From IMG/VR virus record IMGVR_UViG_3300034073_003340, positions 124,001 to 188,000 of that record: a DNA stretch of 64,000 nt, one strand, 5' to 3'. The stretch's first letter is position 1. Every line of letters begins with the position of its first letter. A program made the position numbers and the translations under genes. Positions 39,046-48,813 of this stretch are shown here, piece by piece. The notes below the pieces were generated by a model. The model had not been told where the DNA came from, searched no databases, and was given only the letters and a program-made list of their open reading frames with translations.

Positions 39046-39777
39046 TCACAGTCTAAACAACACTACATCTTCTTGGAGAGTATGTCTGACTAAGATATGC
39101 TCTCCACGTTGCTCTGCGATCCAAAAGTCACCCAACATTCGTTCAAGCCTTCTGGAATTGGCAATTGCTGTTTCGTCCAAACGGGTAGCAGAGCTCATCA
39201 CAGCGTTGCTCTCATAGACGGCTTCATGGCTACCATGGTCTACTAAGACAAGCTCTACGGACACCCCTCGGGCTTCTAAGACAACTTTTTTGCCCTCGAT
39301 TGTCATATTGTCTAGGTCGCTTGGCCTGAAGAACTCAACGAGGTCTGATGACTCAGACTCTTGATCTTCTTCCAATGATACCATTCTAACATTTGCCTTG
39401 AGGTTATCATCAGTAACCGGAAGGATATCCTCTACTCCATAAATCTGACTTTTCCACGACGAGATTCCAGTTAGACCTTTGAGACTACCTAGGGTATCCA
39501 GTAGCTTTTTGGGAAACTCCTCGTCTCTTAGAAATTCAATAAAGACCACATAATATCCATCCTCATTTGGCGCAGGACTAACATCAGTATCTAATATGGA
39601 AGAAGCACCCTTTTGGATAAAACGGTTCAAGTCCTGGCTGGGTTCACGATCTAGAACATAGAAGGCAACCACGATACTGTCGTCGTCTAGTTTGCTTTCA
39701 TATTCATCAACGGAAATCATTGGAAGAACTAGTTCTTCCAAATCATTTTCCTTAAGACCTTCAAACAGATTGGACAT
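39046..39777 (-). CDS. Acidic hypothetical protein
   Basis: 243-aa ORF coupled to upstream gene. Confidence 0.7.
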   Translation of the reverse strand: MSNLFEGLKENDLEELVLPMISVDEYESKLDDDSIVVAFYVLDREPSQDLNRFIQKGASSILDTDVSPAPNEDGYYVVFIEFLRDEEFPKKLLDTLGSLKGLTGISSWKSQIYGVEDILPVTDDNLKANVRMVSLEEDQESESSDLVEFFRPSDLDNMTIEGKKVVLEARGVSVELVLVDHGSHEAVYESNAVMSSATRLDETAIANSRRLERMLGDFWIAEQRGEHILVRHTLQEDVVLFRL

Positions 39778-40313
39778 TAAGGTTCTCCAGTTTCATCATC
39801 TGTGCTGTTATCGCTATCCTTGACAAAGGCATCAGCGTCATCAATATTTTCGTCACGTGCGTCGCTTACATCTTCAACATCGACGATTTCATCGTCAACA
39901 TGAATTTCTAGATCGGAATCGTCCAGCTCTTCAATAAATCGGCGTGGTATCTGGACCTCTAGTAACCAAATGTCTTTTTGTTCCATTTTGGGTTTGCGAG
40001 TCGCTGGTTCATAGTCGTCTGGTGACTCTATTTCTACAGCGGTTTCTTCCTTGGCGCGACGATATGTAACCTTTACCCCATGGCGGATCAAACGCTCGGC
40101 CCCTGCGGGATCAGGCATCTGCTCATAATCATATTTGAGAGTCATAGACACCCAATATCTTCTGATTTCTGGACCGTCTACGACCTCGCCTTCAAACCAG
40201 TTTTTGAATACATAGATGTCAAGAGAATCTATAAAATCCTCCATCTGTATCAATACATCAGTCAAACTTGTTGAATCAGATAGACGCTTGAATAGTTGGG
40301 GATTTTCAGGCAT
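39777..40313 (-). CDS. Acidic hypothetical protein
   Basis: GAGGAG SD before MPENPQ; DIYVFKNW.EGE...GP...RYWV..MPDP. Confidence 0.7.
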   Translation of the reverse strand: MPENPQLFKRLSDSTSLTDVLIQMEDFIDSLDIYVFKNWFEGEVVDGPEIRRYWVSMTLKYDYEQMPDPAGAERLIRHGVKVTYRRAKEETAVEIESPDDYEPATRKPKMEQKDIWLLEVQIPRRFIEELDDSDLEIHVDDEIVDVEDVSDARDENIDDADAFVKDSDNSTDDETGEP

Positions 40314-40392
40314 AGGTGTCTCCTCGTATCCATTACTTATCACTCGCCACAAATCGCTAAATAGGAGTTAGGACATAAGACTGGAGGCTGTC

Positions 40393-40845
40393 ATGCGTCT
40401 ATGGGAACTATTCAGTGAACTTGGTGAAAAAAGCCTAGGCGCTATTGAAAAGGAACTAGATTCCAAGGATTATCAGCCACGAGCTAAGGTTCTTGCCAAT
40501 AAGCCAGTGGTTGACTTAGATCTGTCCAGTCCTCATCTACAGCAAAGAGTCCAGCAGAGAGGAAAAACCGCCGGTATAACTCCGGATGAGATCGAAGATC
40601 TGCTACATCGCGGCAGAGAAAAATACAAAATAGAAATAGGTTCAGCTTCCCGCCAAGATCAATTTGGTGGGCACATCAATTTCTTTGATCCTGAAACCAA
40701 ATTATTGATTCCAACAATAATCAAACCAAACCCAAAGTGTAAGCCTAACTCGCGCGGAAAGATCACATGCGACACAGTAGATGGCCCAGCACCGAAGAAC
40801 TCTCTGATTGCTAAGACCGTTCTTCGTAAAGGGGTTCCTGACTGA
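40393..40845 (+). CDS. Late hypothetical protein (possible internal head protein)
   Basis: GCTAAATA at 40356-40363, GGAGG SD, MRLWELFSE N-terminus. Confidence 0.6.
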   Translation: MRLWELFSELGEKSLGAIEKELDSKDYQPRAKVLANKPVVDLDLSSPHLQQRVQQRGKTAGITPDEIEDLLHRGREKYKIEIGSASRQDQFGGHINFFDPETKLLIPTIIKPNPKCKPNSRGKITCDTVDGPAPKNSLIAKTVLRKGVPD

Positions 40846-41587
40846 CCTGCTCCAAAGGCGCCACTACTGGCTTTGGAGTGAAACCACCGGCTGATGAACG
40901 ATCAAGTTCCAACATCACTTCATTGATATCTTCAATAGCCAGATCGTGGAATGCGGTCCAATTGGCTTCCAGCACCTTTGCGTACGGCGTATCGGGATCT
41001 TCTATCTTAAAAATACCTCGATCTGCCAAGAGTATAATCAGTTGCTGATCTCTGGCATCCATACTTTCAAGACGAGCATCTTGCTCCATTAGAGCAGCCA
41101 GACTCTTGCCTATTCTGTTCCAACGAGTCCGTATGGTAGACCGCACATCAGTCCATGACTTAGCCAGCTGGTTAGTGCGATTTTGCCATTCTTTTAGCTT
41201 AATCTGATATGAACGATCCTGCGCGTTCTTTTCTTCACTAACCTGACGTTCATGTTTGCGAGCCTTTTCAAGCTCGTCGTCGAGAACCAGCTTTGCCACC
41301 ATCAGGAATTTTTTGTAAAAGTGATGAAGAATCGGATAATTCTCCATCTCACGATATGCCGCCTCCTGGAGAACTTTGAACTCAAAGCCTCGTAGGCCAA
41401 ATTCTGCCGCCGTGCTATCCAGAGGATGGGTGGGGTAAGACCAGGGCTTGGGCTCTGGCTTTTCGATCTTATTGAGACGTTCCTCGATATCAGAGGCACC
41501 GAACTTGAGTCGCCCGGATATCTCTCTTAATAGGTTTTCATCTAGATAGGATTTACGCGGCATCAACCCGTCCGTAAATGACATCAC
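40811..41587 (-). CDS. Hypothetical coiled-coil protein
   Basis: 258-aa ORF. Confidence 0.6.
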   Translation of the reverse strand: MMSFTDGLMPRKSYLDENLLREISGRLKFGASDIEERLNKIEKPEPKPWSYPTHPLDSTAAEFGLRGFEFKVLQEAAYREMENYPILHHFYKKFLMVAKLVLDDELEKARKHERQVSEEKNAQDRSYQIKLKEWQNRTNQLAKSWTDVRSTIRTRWNRIGKSLAALMEQDARLESMDARDQQLIILLADRGIFKIEDPDTPYAKVLEANWTAFHDLAIEDINEVMLELDRSSAGGFTPKPVVAPLEQVSQEPLYEERS

Positions 41588-42062
41588 CCTTACGTTGACC
41601 GCCGAGTTTGAAATAAACTAGCTCTGCTCGGAAATCCTTGAGAGCATCGGTCTTGGTTTCCAGCAGCAGATCGATATAACGCATCTCAATGCTGCCCTTA
41701 TTCAGCATGGCTCGATAATACTCGATAGTGGCGCGGTAATCAGGCTTTTGAGACTTGTTGTCCCAAAGGATACCAGCTTGAAGCGTCTGGAACGCATAAG
41801 TGCCAGTTTCGTTGAGGATCTTTTTAACAATCCAAAGACCATTCTCCATGACCGGCTTCTGGACGCTAACAAACGGTTTGAATGAACCCTGTGATGAGAT
41901 TTCAGCCTCGTAAATCTCGTAGGCAATTTCCTCGGGGGAATCGTCCTCTACGAGATCCTTGATCTTTTCCATATCGATCAAGATGTTCTTCTTGCCAGAA
42001 GCAATAGTCTCGAACATCTGGTGTTCGCGGGCGAAGGGCATATAGTGTGATTCGTTGCTCAT
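41553..42062 (-). CDS. Hypothetical protein (ends YFKLGG; possible distant family member)
   Basis: ATG 42062 lies 35 nt after TTGACA. Confidence 0.6.
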   Translation of the reverse strand: MSNESHYMPFAREHQMFETIASGKKNILIDMEKIKDLVEDDSPEEIAYEIYEAEISSQGSFKPFVSVQKPVMENGLWIVKKILNETGTYAFQTLQAGILWDNKSQKPDYRATIEYYRAMLNKGSIEMRYIDLLLETKTDALKDFRAELVYFKLGGQRKGDVIYGRVDAA

Positions 42063-42099
42063 GTGGGTATTTGTAACAGGTGTGATTGTTCTGTCAACC

Positions 42100-42138
42100 A
42101 AAAAAAAAAAGTGGGCCCGACACCTCTGCCGAACCCAC
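42100..42138 (-). terminator. Strong terminator after phoH
   Basis: GTGGGTTCGGCA-GAGG-TGTCGGGCCCAC then T11. Confidence 0.85.
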
Positions 42139-42162
42139 CCTCAGAATTACAGGATATGCTCT

Positions 42163-42969
42163 TTAGATGTTTGCCTTGTCTCCGTAGATGCCAAGAAGTT
42201 CCTTGACGACTGGATGACGTTCAACATCGCCGCGTTCGAATTGAATAACATCAATATGCTTTGATCCCTGGAAACGCTTTAGAAAATCAGCGAGACCATT
42301 ATCTACTCCACGGTCACTCTGAGCAAGGTCACCAGTGACCACCATCTGCGAGCCTTCGCCAATACGGGTTAGGATCGAGAGTAGCGAGTTAGGGGTCGTG
42401 CCCTGGGCTTCATCTACTAGAATATAGGCATTCTTAAAAGTTCGACCACGAATGAACGCGATCGGAACCATTTCAATGATATTTTCTTCCAACATGACCT
42501 GAATTTCAGCCGCGTTGTAGAACTCTGCGAATACGTCCAGGACTGGCATCATCCAAGGAGTCATCTTCTTCAAGATGTCACCTGGGAGGTAACCAATATC
42601 CTTGTCGTCAACTGCGACGTTTGGACGTGTGATAACAATCTTCTCAACTAAGCCTGCCTTAAAACATTTGATGGCATGAAGGGTTGCGAGGAGAGTTTTA
42701 CCGGTACCTGCTGGGCCAACCGCAAACGTAACATACTTGGAAGGATCCTCTAAACTTGCCACCAGATTTTCCTGGTTCAAGTTGCGAGGGATAATGTCAA
42801 CGCGCTGCTTCTTTGGCTTTTGAGGGAAGTTTAGCTCAATAACATTCGAGGTGCGATCCTGTTGATTATATCGACCTGAACCTCGGGCACCTGGGGTAGC
42901 ACCAAAGCTGTTACGGTCATTTCTAGGATTGGCGCGATTTGCGCCTTTAGCACGGGGTTGTCTAGCCAC
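42163..42969 (-). CDS. phoH: PhoH-family ATPase
   Basis: GPAGTGKT, ITRP, GYLPG, RGRTF, DEAQ, TGD..QSD, RHP. Confidence 0.95.
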   Translation of the reverse strand: MARQPRAKGANRANPRNDRNSFGATPGARGSGRYNQQDRTSNVIELNFPQKPKKQRVDIIPRNLNQENLVASLEDPSKYVTFAVGPAGTGKTLLATLHAIKCFKAGLVEKIVITRPNVAVDDKDIGYLPGDILKKMTPWMMPVLDVFAEFYNAAEIQVMLEENIIEMVPIAFIRGRTFKNAYILVDEAQGTTPNSLLSILTRIGEGSQMVVTGDLAQSDRGVDNGLADFLKRFQGSKHIDVIQFERGDVERHPVVKELLGIYGDKANI

Positions 42970-43112
42970 TTTCGACCTCCATGTTGGAGTTGGTGTTTAC
43001 GGGCTGCTCGAAAGTATTTAAGCCAGATGGAAAGTGGAAACCTGGTAGTTAATCATAACTGGAGCGGATACTAAATAGTGAACCGCTCCAGTGCTTTTTG
43101 TAATAAAGTTAC

Positions 43113-43715
43113 TCAGACCAGAACTGGTCCCTTGACGTGGGCGTAGATATCATGCCAATCATCAACTCTCGTGACACCCGGTATGTTATGACCATCCCTT
43201 ATATTGTGCTGATAGTTGATGAGAAAACTTTGATGGCCAACCTCCGCACCATCTATTGCGTGACGGGCCTTGTCTTCAACCCAGATAGTAGGATGATATC
43301 GGGCTAGGTAGGGACGTTTACTCTCTGAGAGTCCCACACAATGGAGGGTATCAAATACACCATAGCCAAAGACTTCCTCTAAGTTCTTCCAACGACCCAA
43401 ATAGGTTTCCCGGTCAGTTGCGCAAGCTGTAATAGCCACAAAGCTATAGCCGTCCTGGTAAAACTTGTGAACATTTTCTACCACTCCTGGAAGTGGCTTA
43501 AAGGAAGTCCAAAACTCAGGATTGCCGTTGAAGATTCTAACCATGTCCCGTGATTCTTCGAGACTACATCCTAGCCAAGCTTCAATATGCCAATGGTCTT
43601 GTAGTTCACCCGGTGTGTCACGATATTCAGGGTAGGTTTCACGAATCCATTCTGCGAACGGGGTAGCCCAATCAAAAAGGACTTCGTCACAGTCAGTTAA
43701 TATTACTTTCGACAT
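43113..43715 (-). CDS. HAD-family phosphatase (T4 30.2-like)
   Basis: LTDCDEVLFDW, AIT, WVEDK. Confidence 0.75.
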   Translation of the reverse strand: MSKVILTDCDEVLFDWATPFAEWIRETYPEYRDTPGELQDHWHIEAWLGCSLEESRDMVRIFNGNPEFWTSFKPLPGVVENVHKFYQDGYSFVAITACATDRETYLGRWKNLEEVFGYGVFDTLHCVGLSESKRPYLARYHPTIWVEDKARHAIDGAEVGHQSFLINYQHNIRDGHNIPGVTRVDDWHDIYAHVKGPVLV

Positions 43716-44121
43716 CTACAGCCTCCTGAGGAGTTTTGAAACGTTCAACAAACGTTCTAACACGATCCATGTTTGAAGGATCCTTTTGAATCCATGTTGC
43801 GAGAGCAGATTTGATTTCATTGTAATGACGAGAAACAAAAGTCTGAATCAGATCAGCATCATTGATACTGGCGTCACGTGACTTGACTACCTTGTTTTCA
43901 AAGATATCAATCACAAGTTCTGCGTGCTGTAGTTGACGATCAGAAACTCGATCACAGATGATCATGTTTTCAATAGGTTCCCACTGGGCAGATTCCATAA
44001 ATCCCGGAGTGTTACTCTTTTGGCCGGCCGCCAAGACATAGGTATAGGTAATGACCATAAAGGGCCGATTGCGTAGGTATTTAGACATTTGGTTCCTCAA
44101 AATTCTCGTAGGGGATTTCAA
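43693..44121 (-). CDS. Hypothetical protein
   Basis: ORF in replication operon; start possibly MSKYL. Confidence 0.6.
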   Translation of the reverse strand: MKSPTRILRNQMSKYLRNRPFMVITYTYVLAAGQKSNTPGFMESAQWEPIENMIICDRVSDRQLQHAELVIDIFENKVVKSRDASINDADLIQTFVSRHYNEIKSALATWIQKDPSNMDRVRTFVERFKTPQEAVDVESNIN

Positions 44122-44545
44122 CCCATTCTACATTTGCTTCTTCAAATCGTTTGCGACTCTCGGTGAGAATTGGCTCCCATCGATCAGCTTTATCGGGAGG
44201 GCAGGTTGGAGCCACAACCCTCTTGATACCGGCCTGGATCATATGCGGGGCGCATCTGTCACAACATAAAAGAGGCCAGAGAAATAAGGTATTCCCCCTT
44301 ACACTATCATGAGCGTTCAGAACCGCATTCATCTCAGCATGAATCATATGGCTATATTTGATATCTCGATTATTGAGACGCTCATCAGTATCTTCAATAC
44401 CTCGGGGAAAGCCGTTATATCCAATGCTGGCTACACTATTATCAGGTCTTACTAAAACCGCACCTACTTGCGTGCTAGGATCTTTGCTCCAAGTAGAAAC
44501 GAGACGAGCTAATTCAATATATCTGATATCCCACTTATCACTCAT
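44081..44545 (-). CDS. dCMP deaminase
   Basis: SKDPSTQVGA, GYNG, HAEMNA, CCDRC. Confidence 0.93.
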   Translation of the reverse strand: MSDKWDIRYIELARLVSTWSKDPSTQVGAVLVRPDNSVASIGYNGFPRGIEDTDERLNNRDIKYSHMIHAEMNAVLNAHDSVRGNTLFLWPLLCCDRCAPHMIQAGIKRVVAPTCPPDKADRWEPILTESRKRFEEANVEWVEIPYENFEEPNV

Positions 44546-45480
44546 AGTTGACTGAGCTCAACAATGGTGGCCGCCAGATTAATCTCCGCATCAGCACAGA
44601 TAGCATGATTACGAAGGCCACGAGCAATGATAACAACCGCTGCGCTTTGAGTTCCTTCGTCATCACTGAATAGTCCAAGGTTCTTATAAAGGAACTTGTA
44701 GATCTCCTCGTAGTCGTTGATATCGGCATTGCTGACGATCATTTTACGAGCTTCAGTAAATCGTTTGGCTTTGAATAATTCAACTACGCCTTCCATATAA
44801 TTCAGGCTAGTAGCACTCGCTTCCTTTAGGGGAGACAGCTTGCCACCAAACGTATGCTGGTCAAGAAGATTGATACATTTTCGGAGATCAGGATAGGTAT
44901 TTGTCACATACGCTTCGAGATCGTTTATGTCATATGTGACATTTTCAGCAGCCAAGATTTCTAATGCTCTACCAAAAAAGCTTTCCATGTCGAGCGTATC
45001 AAAATGGATGCCCTGCATACGAGAATGAAGTGCGCTAATGATTTTGTGAGGCAGATTACAGGTGATAATGAAACGAACGCTTTCAGCGAATCTTTCCATT
45101 TCATTACGTAAGATCGCCTGGGCGTTCTGAGATAGGTAATCACCTTCATCAAGGAGAACTACCTTATAATCACCATTTGGATAAGTGGAACAAAAATTGA
45201 TAATGGTATCCCTCACGTCGTCAACACTGTTATTGCGCGATCCGTTGAGCTCCAAGATGTCATACTTGCTCACATTCAGTTCATTGAGCAAAAGCTTTGC
45301 CAGTGTAGTCTTACCAACTCCCGGTGATCCACTCAGCAATAGATGAGGAAAGGGAATAGCTTTACCTTCAGGGTTTTTGACCCAGTTTTCAATCTGAGCC
45401 CGAATAGAATCGTTTTTGAACACGTATCCTTCAAGAGTCTTTGGCCGATACTTTTCAACCCACAAATCGGGTGAACTCAT
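44542..45480 (-). CDS. Clamp loader AAA+ subunit (gp44/RFC-like)
   Basis: WVEKYRP, GSPGVGKTT, LDEGD, SR, PDLRK. Confidence 0.93.
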   Translation of the reverse strand: MSSPDLWVEKYRPKTLEGYVFKNDSIRAQIENWVKNPEGKAIPFPHLLLSGSPGVGKTTLAKLLLNELNVSKYDILELNGSRNNSVDDVRDTIINFCSTYPNGDYKVVLLDEGDYLSQNAQAILRNEMERFAESVRFIITCNLPHKIISALHSRMQGIHFDTLDMESFFGRALEILAAENVTYDINDLEAYVTNTYPDLRKCINLLDQHTFGGKLSPLKEASATSLNYMEGVVELFKAKRFTEARKMIVSNADINDYEEIYKFLYKNLGLFSDDEGTQSAAVVIIARGLRNHAICADAEINLAATIVELSQL

Positions 45481-45692
45481 ATTTCTACTTCCTTGTGATC
45501 TAGGATTTTGCTTTTGCTGAAGTTCATAATAGGTTAAAAGGAGGTAATACGTCAATTTAGACGTGACACCTATTTTCTTTCCTATGATGCGTTGTCTGGG
45601 TCAACGTATAGTTGACTAGTCATGAAGCGCCGAGATCGATCTTGATGCTCTATGACGCTCTCTGGGCTTTGTAGGGTTTAGATTACAGTAGC

Positions 45693-45971
45693 TCAAGTCC
45701 ACCGTAGAATGAACATTCGAGCTTGTTTCTTTGTATGGAAGAAAAACGCATGGGAAGTATTGAGTTGCCAAGGACGATGGTCCCAAGGGAAGTCTTCAGA
45801 AACATCCTCGGCGATACGACGGACTTTATCACCAATGGTTTCTTGTATCCATTGTAAGACGTCTGATTCTAATCTATATGTTGGAACACCTGAATGGGTG
45901 ACTTGGAATATAGGAGAGTTGTGAGGGATACAGACTACCCATTTATCACGAACTCTGACAATTTCAATCAA
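45693..45971 (-). CDS. FKLxWG-family protein
   Basis: DVLQWIQE...FFFHTKKQARMFILRW. Confidence 0.7.
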   Translation of the reverse strand: MIEIVRVRDKWVVCIPHNSPIFQVTHSGVPTYRLESDVLQWIQETIGDKVRRIAEDVSEDFPWDHRPWQLNTSHAFFFHTKKQARMFILRWT

Positions 45972-46242
45972 TGCTATATGCCAATTTGAATGTCATAGCA
46001 TCACGCTTGCTCTTAAAATAGAACGACCCTGCCAGAATGTTTTTGTAGGAAAATCGGCCATGAATCATGGCTCCCTTACACCATTCAACTGCTTCTTCCC
46101 GGCGATTGATATAACCAGACCATGAATGGTATGTTCCACCCCATGCGTTGGTTTCTATTGCCCTGTCAGATGGCCGATTGGGAAAAGCTATCTGGTGCCA
46201 TTCACTTTCCATTTTAGGGTTATATTCTCGAAATTGTCCCAT
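45964..46242 (-). CDS. FKLxWG-family protein
   Basis: AVEWC...FYFKSKRDAMTFKLAY. Confidence 0.75.
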   Translation of the reverse strand: MGQFREYNPKMESEWHQIAFPNRPSDRAIETNAWGGTYHSWSGYINRREEAVEWCKGAMIHGRFSYKNILAGSFYFKSKRDAMTFKLAYSID

Positions 46243-46559
46243 TACACCCAGCGTAGTTTGTATTCAATGGCATCTGAAGAATTTGTAAATGTTGTGAATA
46301 TCCTATAGACTCTGGATTCGAATCCATCAACTTCATTTTGAAGAGTGTCATATTTTATATCATGAACTATGTGGCTCTGAGCCAGCCACAATACTCTTTC
46401 TTTGAATATCCCATGGCGGAAATAATCATCTTCTTCGATAATAGAGACAAAGTCAGTGGTGTTGATAGGCTCAAAAGTCTGAACCAAGGATATAGGGAAG
46501 CGAAGCTTAGATAGCCAATTGCGTGGTGATTGGTCAGGTAGAATAGGTCCGGATCGCAT
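46242..46559 (-). CDS. FKLxWG-family protein
   Basis: VLWL...TTFTNSSDAIEYKLRW. Confidence 0.7.
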   Translation of the reverse strand: MRSGPILPDQSPRNWLSKLRFPISLVQTFEPINTTDFVSIIEEDDYFRHGIFKERVLWLAQSHIVHDIKYDTLQNEVDGFESRVYRIFTTFTNSSDAIEYKLRWV

Positions 46560-46562
46560 GAT

Positions 46563-46775
46563 TTAACCAAAAGTGAGTTTGAATATCAAAGCATCTACTT
46601 TATGATAGAATTCAACGGTCAGAACACTACAATCAGTCTCACAGTGTCCTCTATGAAACCATTCGTAAGTTTTAATCTTGGATCTTTGATAACAAATGTA
46701 GTCATTCATAGACTCAAAATGGTCGTGGTCCCTAACAACCACGACCATTTTAAATGGATCAGAGGGGGTATTCAT
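46563..46775 (-). CDS. FKLxWG-family protein
   Basis: VEFYHKVDALIFKLTFG; start inferred at MNTP. Confidence 0.7.
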   Translation of the reverse strand: MNTPSDPFKMVVVVRDHDHFESMNDYICYQRSKIKTYEWFHRGHCETDCSVLTVEFYHKVDALIFKLTFG

Positions 46776-47103
46776 CCGAAACGCCAAGAATACCTTCAAT
46801 GTCCACTCTCTGAACATAAAAGATTTCTTCATCTGAACCCTCTGGAATAGCAGTTTCTACCCCATAGGTCCATCGACCATGCTCTACCAGAATCCACTGA
46901 CCTGGTTTGAGTTCATCCTGTTCAGGACCAACTTTCCAAACTTGACACCAACGTGGACGAATTCCTCTATCCTTACCATTGTCGTCAAGAATGATTAGGC
47001 CACCTTTGGTGATTTTGTCACCCTTTTCCATATTAACCACTAGCACGTGATTTTTAATAGGACGAATGTCGCCTCTGATTTTTGTGAAAATTGTTGCTGG
47101 CAT
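46759..47103 (-). CDS. groES: GroES-like co-chaperonin
   Basis: IRPIKNHVLV...TKGGLII...V..VGP....KPG..ILV...ILGV. Confidence 0.8.
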   Translation of the reverse strand: MPATIFTKIRGDIRPIKNHVLVVNMEKGDKITKGGLIILDDNGKDRGIRPRWCQVWKVGPEQDELKPGQWILVEHGRWTYGVETAIPEGSDEEIFYVQRVDIEGILGVSDEYPL

Positions 47104-47129
47104 GTTTGTCTCCGGTTACACCGAAGTCC

Positions 47130-47501
47130 TTAATCTTTGCTATCATTTACCAAGCGACGACCTTTTTTGGGAAGGACTCCCTGAGGCGCGTCTGTTTCTG
47201 CTTTGGGTTCTTCAACCTTTCCAGTTAAACGGCTGACTGCCTGTTCTGGTGTTTCAAAGCGATCAGGAACGGCTGGCTTGAGCGAAACTGGCATAGCAGC
47301 CATTGGGTTTCTATTATGATAGTCACGAGCAATCTGTTCTCTGCGGACTTCGATCTGTCCGTTAGGACCAATGATATCGCCTCTAGCATTCATTCTGCCA
47401 TTCCCAATTGCGCGAGAATCTTCATTCTGGGCTCGTAGAGCATCCATATCGATTACACGCCCGCGCATAGACGTGGTTGGTTTTTTGAAGTTGCGAGCCA
47501 T
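47130..47501 (-). CDS. Late hypothetical protein upstream of groES
   Basis: TATAAATA 47534-47541, AGGAGG SD; GN..MNARGD.IGP.G motif. Confidence 0.65.
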   Translation of the reverse strand: MARNFKKPTTSMRGRVIDMDALRAQNEDSRAIGNGRMNARGDIIGPNGQIEVRREQIARDYHNRNPMAAMPVSLKPAVPDRFETPEQAVSRLTGKVEEPKAETDAPQGVLPKKGRRLVNDSKD

Positions 47502-47558
47502 ATTATGCTCCTCCTGGTTACGACCTGTTGTTTTATTTATACGTATTTAAATCGGTGT

Positions 47559-48092
47559 CTATTTGAGGAATTCTCTTACATCCAAGTCATATTTCATAGA
47601 ATCCACTTTATGTATTCCAATGAGATAAAGTATATAACTGGCTACGCTAGATCCTCTACCTACCCCCCAGACTACTTTTCTTTCTCTAAAAGTAGAAACC
47701 AAATAAACAAGACAACGCAATAAGGGGATCATATCTCTTTCTTCAAAGAGAAGCCACTCCTCTTCAACCCTATTAATTTGCTCCTGATTCTGACACTTTT
47801 CTAGAAGCCACTTATGAACATCTAGACTAGCATACGGTTCAGGAGTAAACCATTCTTTTTGAAATTGTTGATCCCAAGTTGGGACATCAATAGATGGTTT
47901 AGAATAGATTGAAACTATGTCTTCGGGATGGTCAAGTTCTTTACACAAGGCATTAAACTTGGCCACCCCGTCGCAGTCCAGGGCACTGAGCTCGCTCGAA
48001 AGCTCATTACCCCGCATTAGAAGATCTATTAAACCATCTGTTTCAAAGAGAACGTTTCCCCAGTCATCAATGGTTCGACCTTTTATCTTCAT
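47559..48092 (-). CDS. Fragment of DNA polymerase III alpha (DnaE) palm region
   Basis: WGVGRGSSVASYILYLIGIHKVD..KYDL....FL. Confidence 0.8.
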   Translation of the reverse strand: MKIKGRTIDDWGNVLFETDGLIDLLMRGNELSSELSALDCDGVAKFNALCKELDHPEDIVSIYSKPSIDVPTWDQQFQKEWFTPEPYASLDVHKWLLEKCQNQEQINRVEEEWLLFEERDMIPLLRCLVYLVSTFRERKVVWGVGRGSSVASYILYLIGIHKVDSMKYDLDVREFLK

Positions 48093-48796
48093 TTTCCTGT
48101 TTTACCACCCTCGATGACTTGCGGACGAAACTCCGGGCGAACCACCACATTACTTGGAATGTTATCGTCGGCCAATCTATCGGCAATAAAACCAAGACTA
48201 TAAGCCCATGCTGGCGGCTCATTCAGATCAGCATCCTCATCTGGGATAACATCCAAAGTGCTGGCATCTCCACGATGCCACCAGGGCTTACTAAAATAGT
48301 TTCGTTCGCTCAACCAAACTTCATTGTCAGGAAACGTTTCACCTGGATTGCTTCCCACAAACATAAAGCTCATATCCCTTGAATCACTTGATTCAATTTC
48401 AATGCTATGAAACTCAAATACGCCTTGTGACAAGGCCCTAAATTTACACAGAAGAATTTCACAGAGCAAAGCATCGGTGGGATCCTCTGGACAAATCATT
48501 AGAGTATTGTGGGTAGCCAACTCACCATCTTCGAAGAAGCAATTCAATGCCCATTCGTTGTCGCCCCCAAAAATAACAGTCTCAGAAAGAACTCTTTCAA
48601 CAAAGAACTTCATTTTGGCAAGAGCCACTTCCATCCGGTTAGTATATTCATCAGTATCCTCATCCAAAGGACTGATGTCCACCTTTACCTTGATAGTAGT
48701 GGGAGATAGTTTGTGCCCCATAATTCGAGTAGCCTTGAACTCATGGCGCAGGCTAATGAAGAGGTGGTTGGGCAGATTGATTTCGTCTTCGTCCAT
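48089..48796 (-). CDS. Degenerate QueD/PTPS-like (T-fold) protein
   Basis: F.A...GH....VKV ... PEDPTDALL..IL ... IEIES resembles the PTPS layout; metal-binding His missing. Confidence 0.4.
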   Translation of the reverse strand: MDEDEINLPNHLFISLRHEFKATRIMGHKLSPTTIKVKVDISPLDEDTDEYTNRMEVALAKMKFFVERVLSETVIFGGDNEWALNCFFEDGELATHNTLMICPEDPTDALLCEILLCKFRALSQGVFEFHSIEIESSDSRDMSFMFVGSNPGETFPDNEVWLSERNYFSKPWWHRGDASTLDVIPDEDADLNEPPAWAYSLGFIADRLADDNIPSNVVVRPEFRPQVIEGGKTGK

Positions 48797-48813
48797 TACA
48801 GTCCCCAAAGTGG

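Noticed and set aside
42100-42110. A11 homopolymer as phase-variation tract
   Set aside because: It is the U-tract of the phoH terminator on the minus strand.
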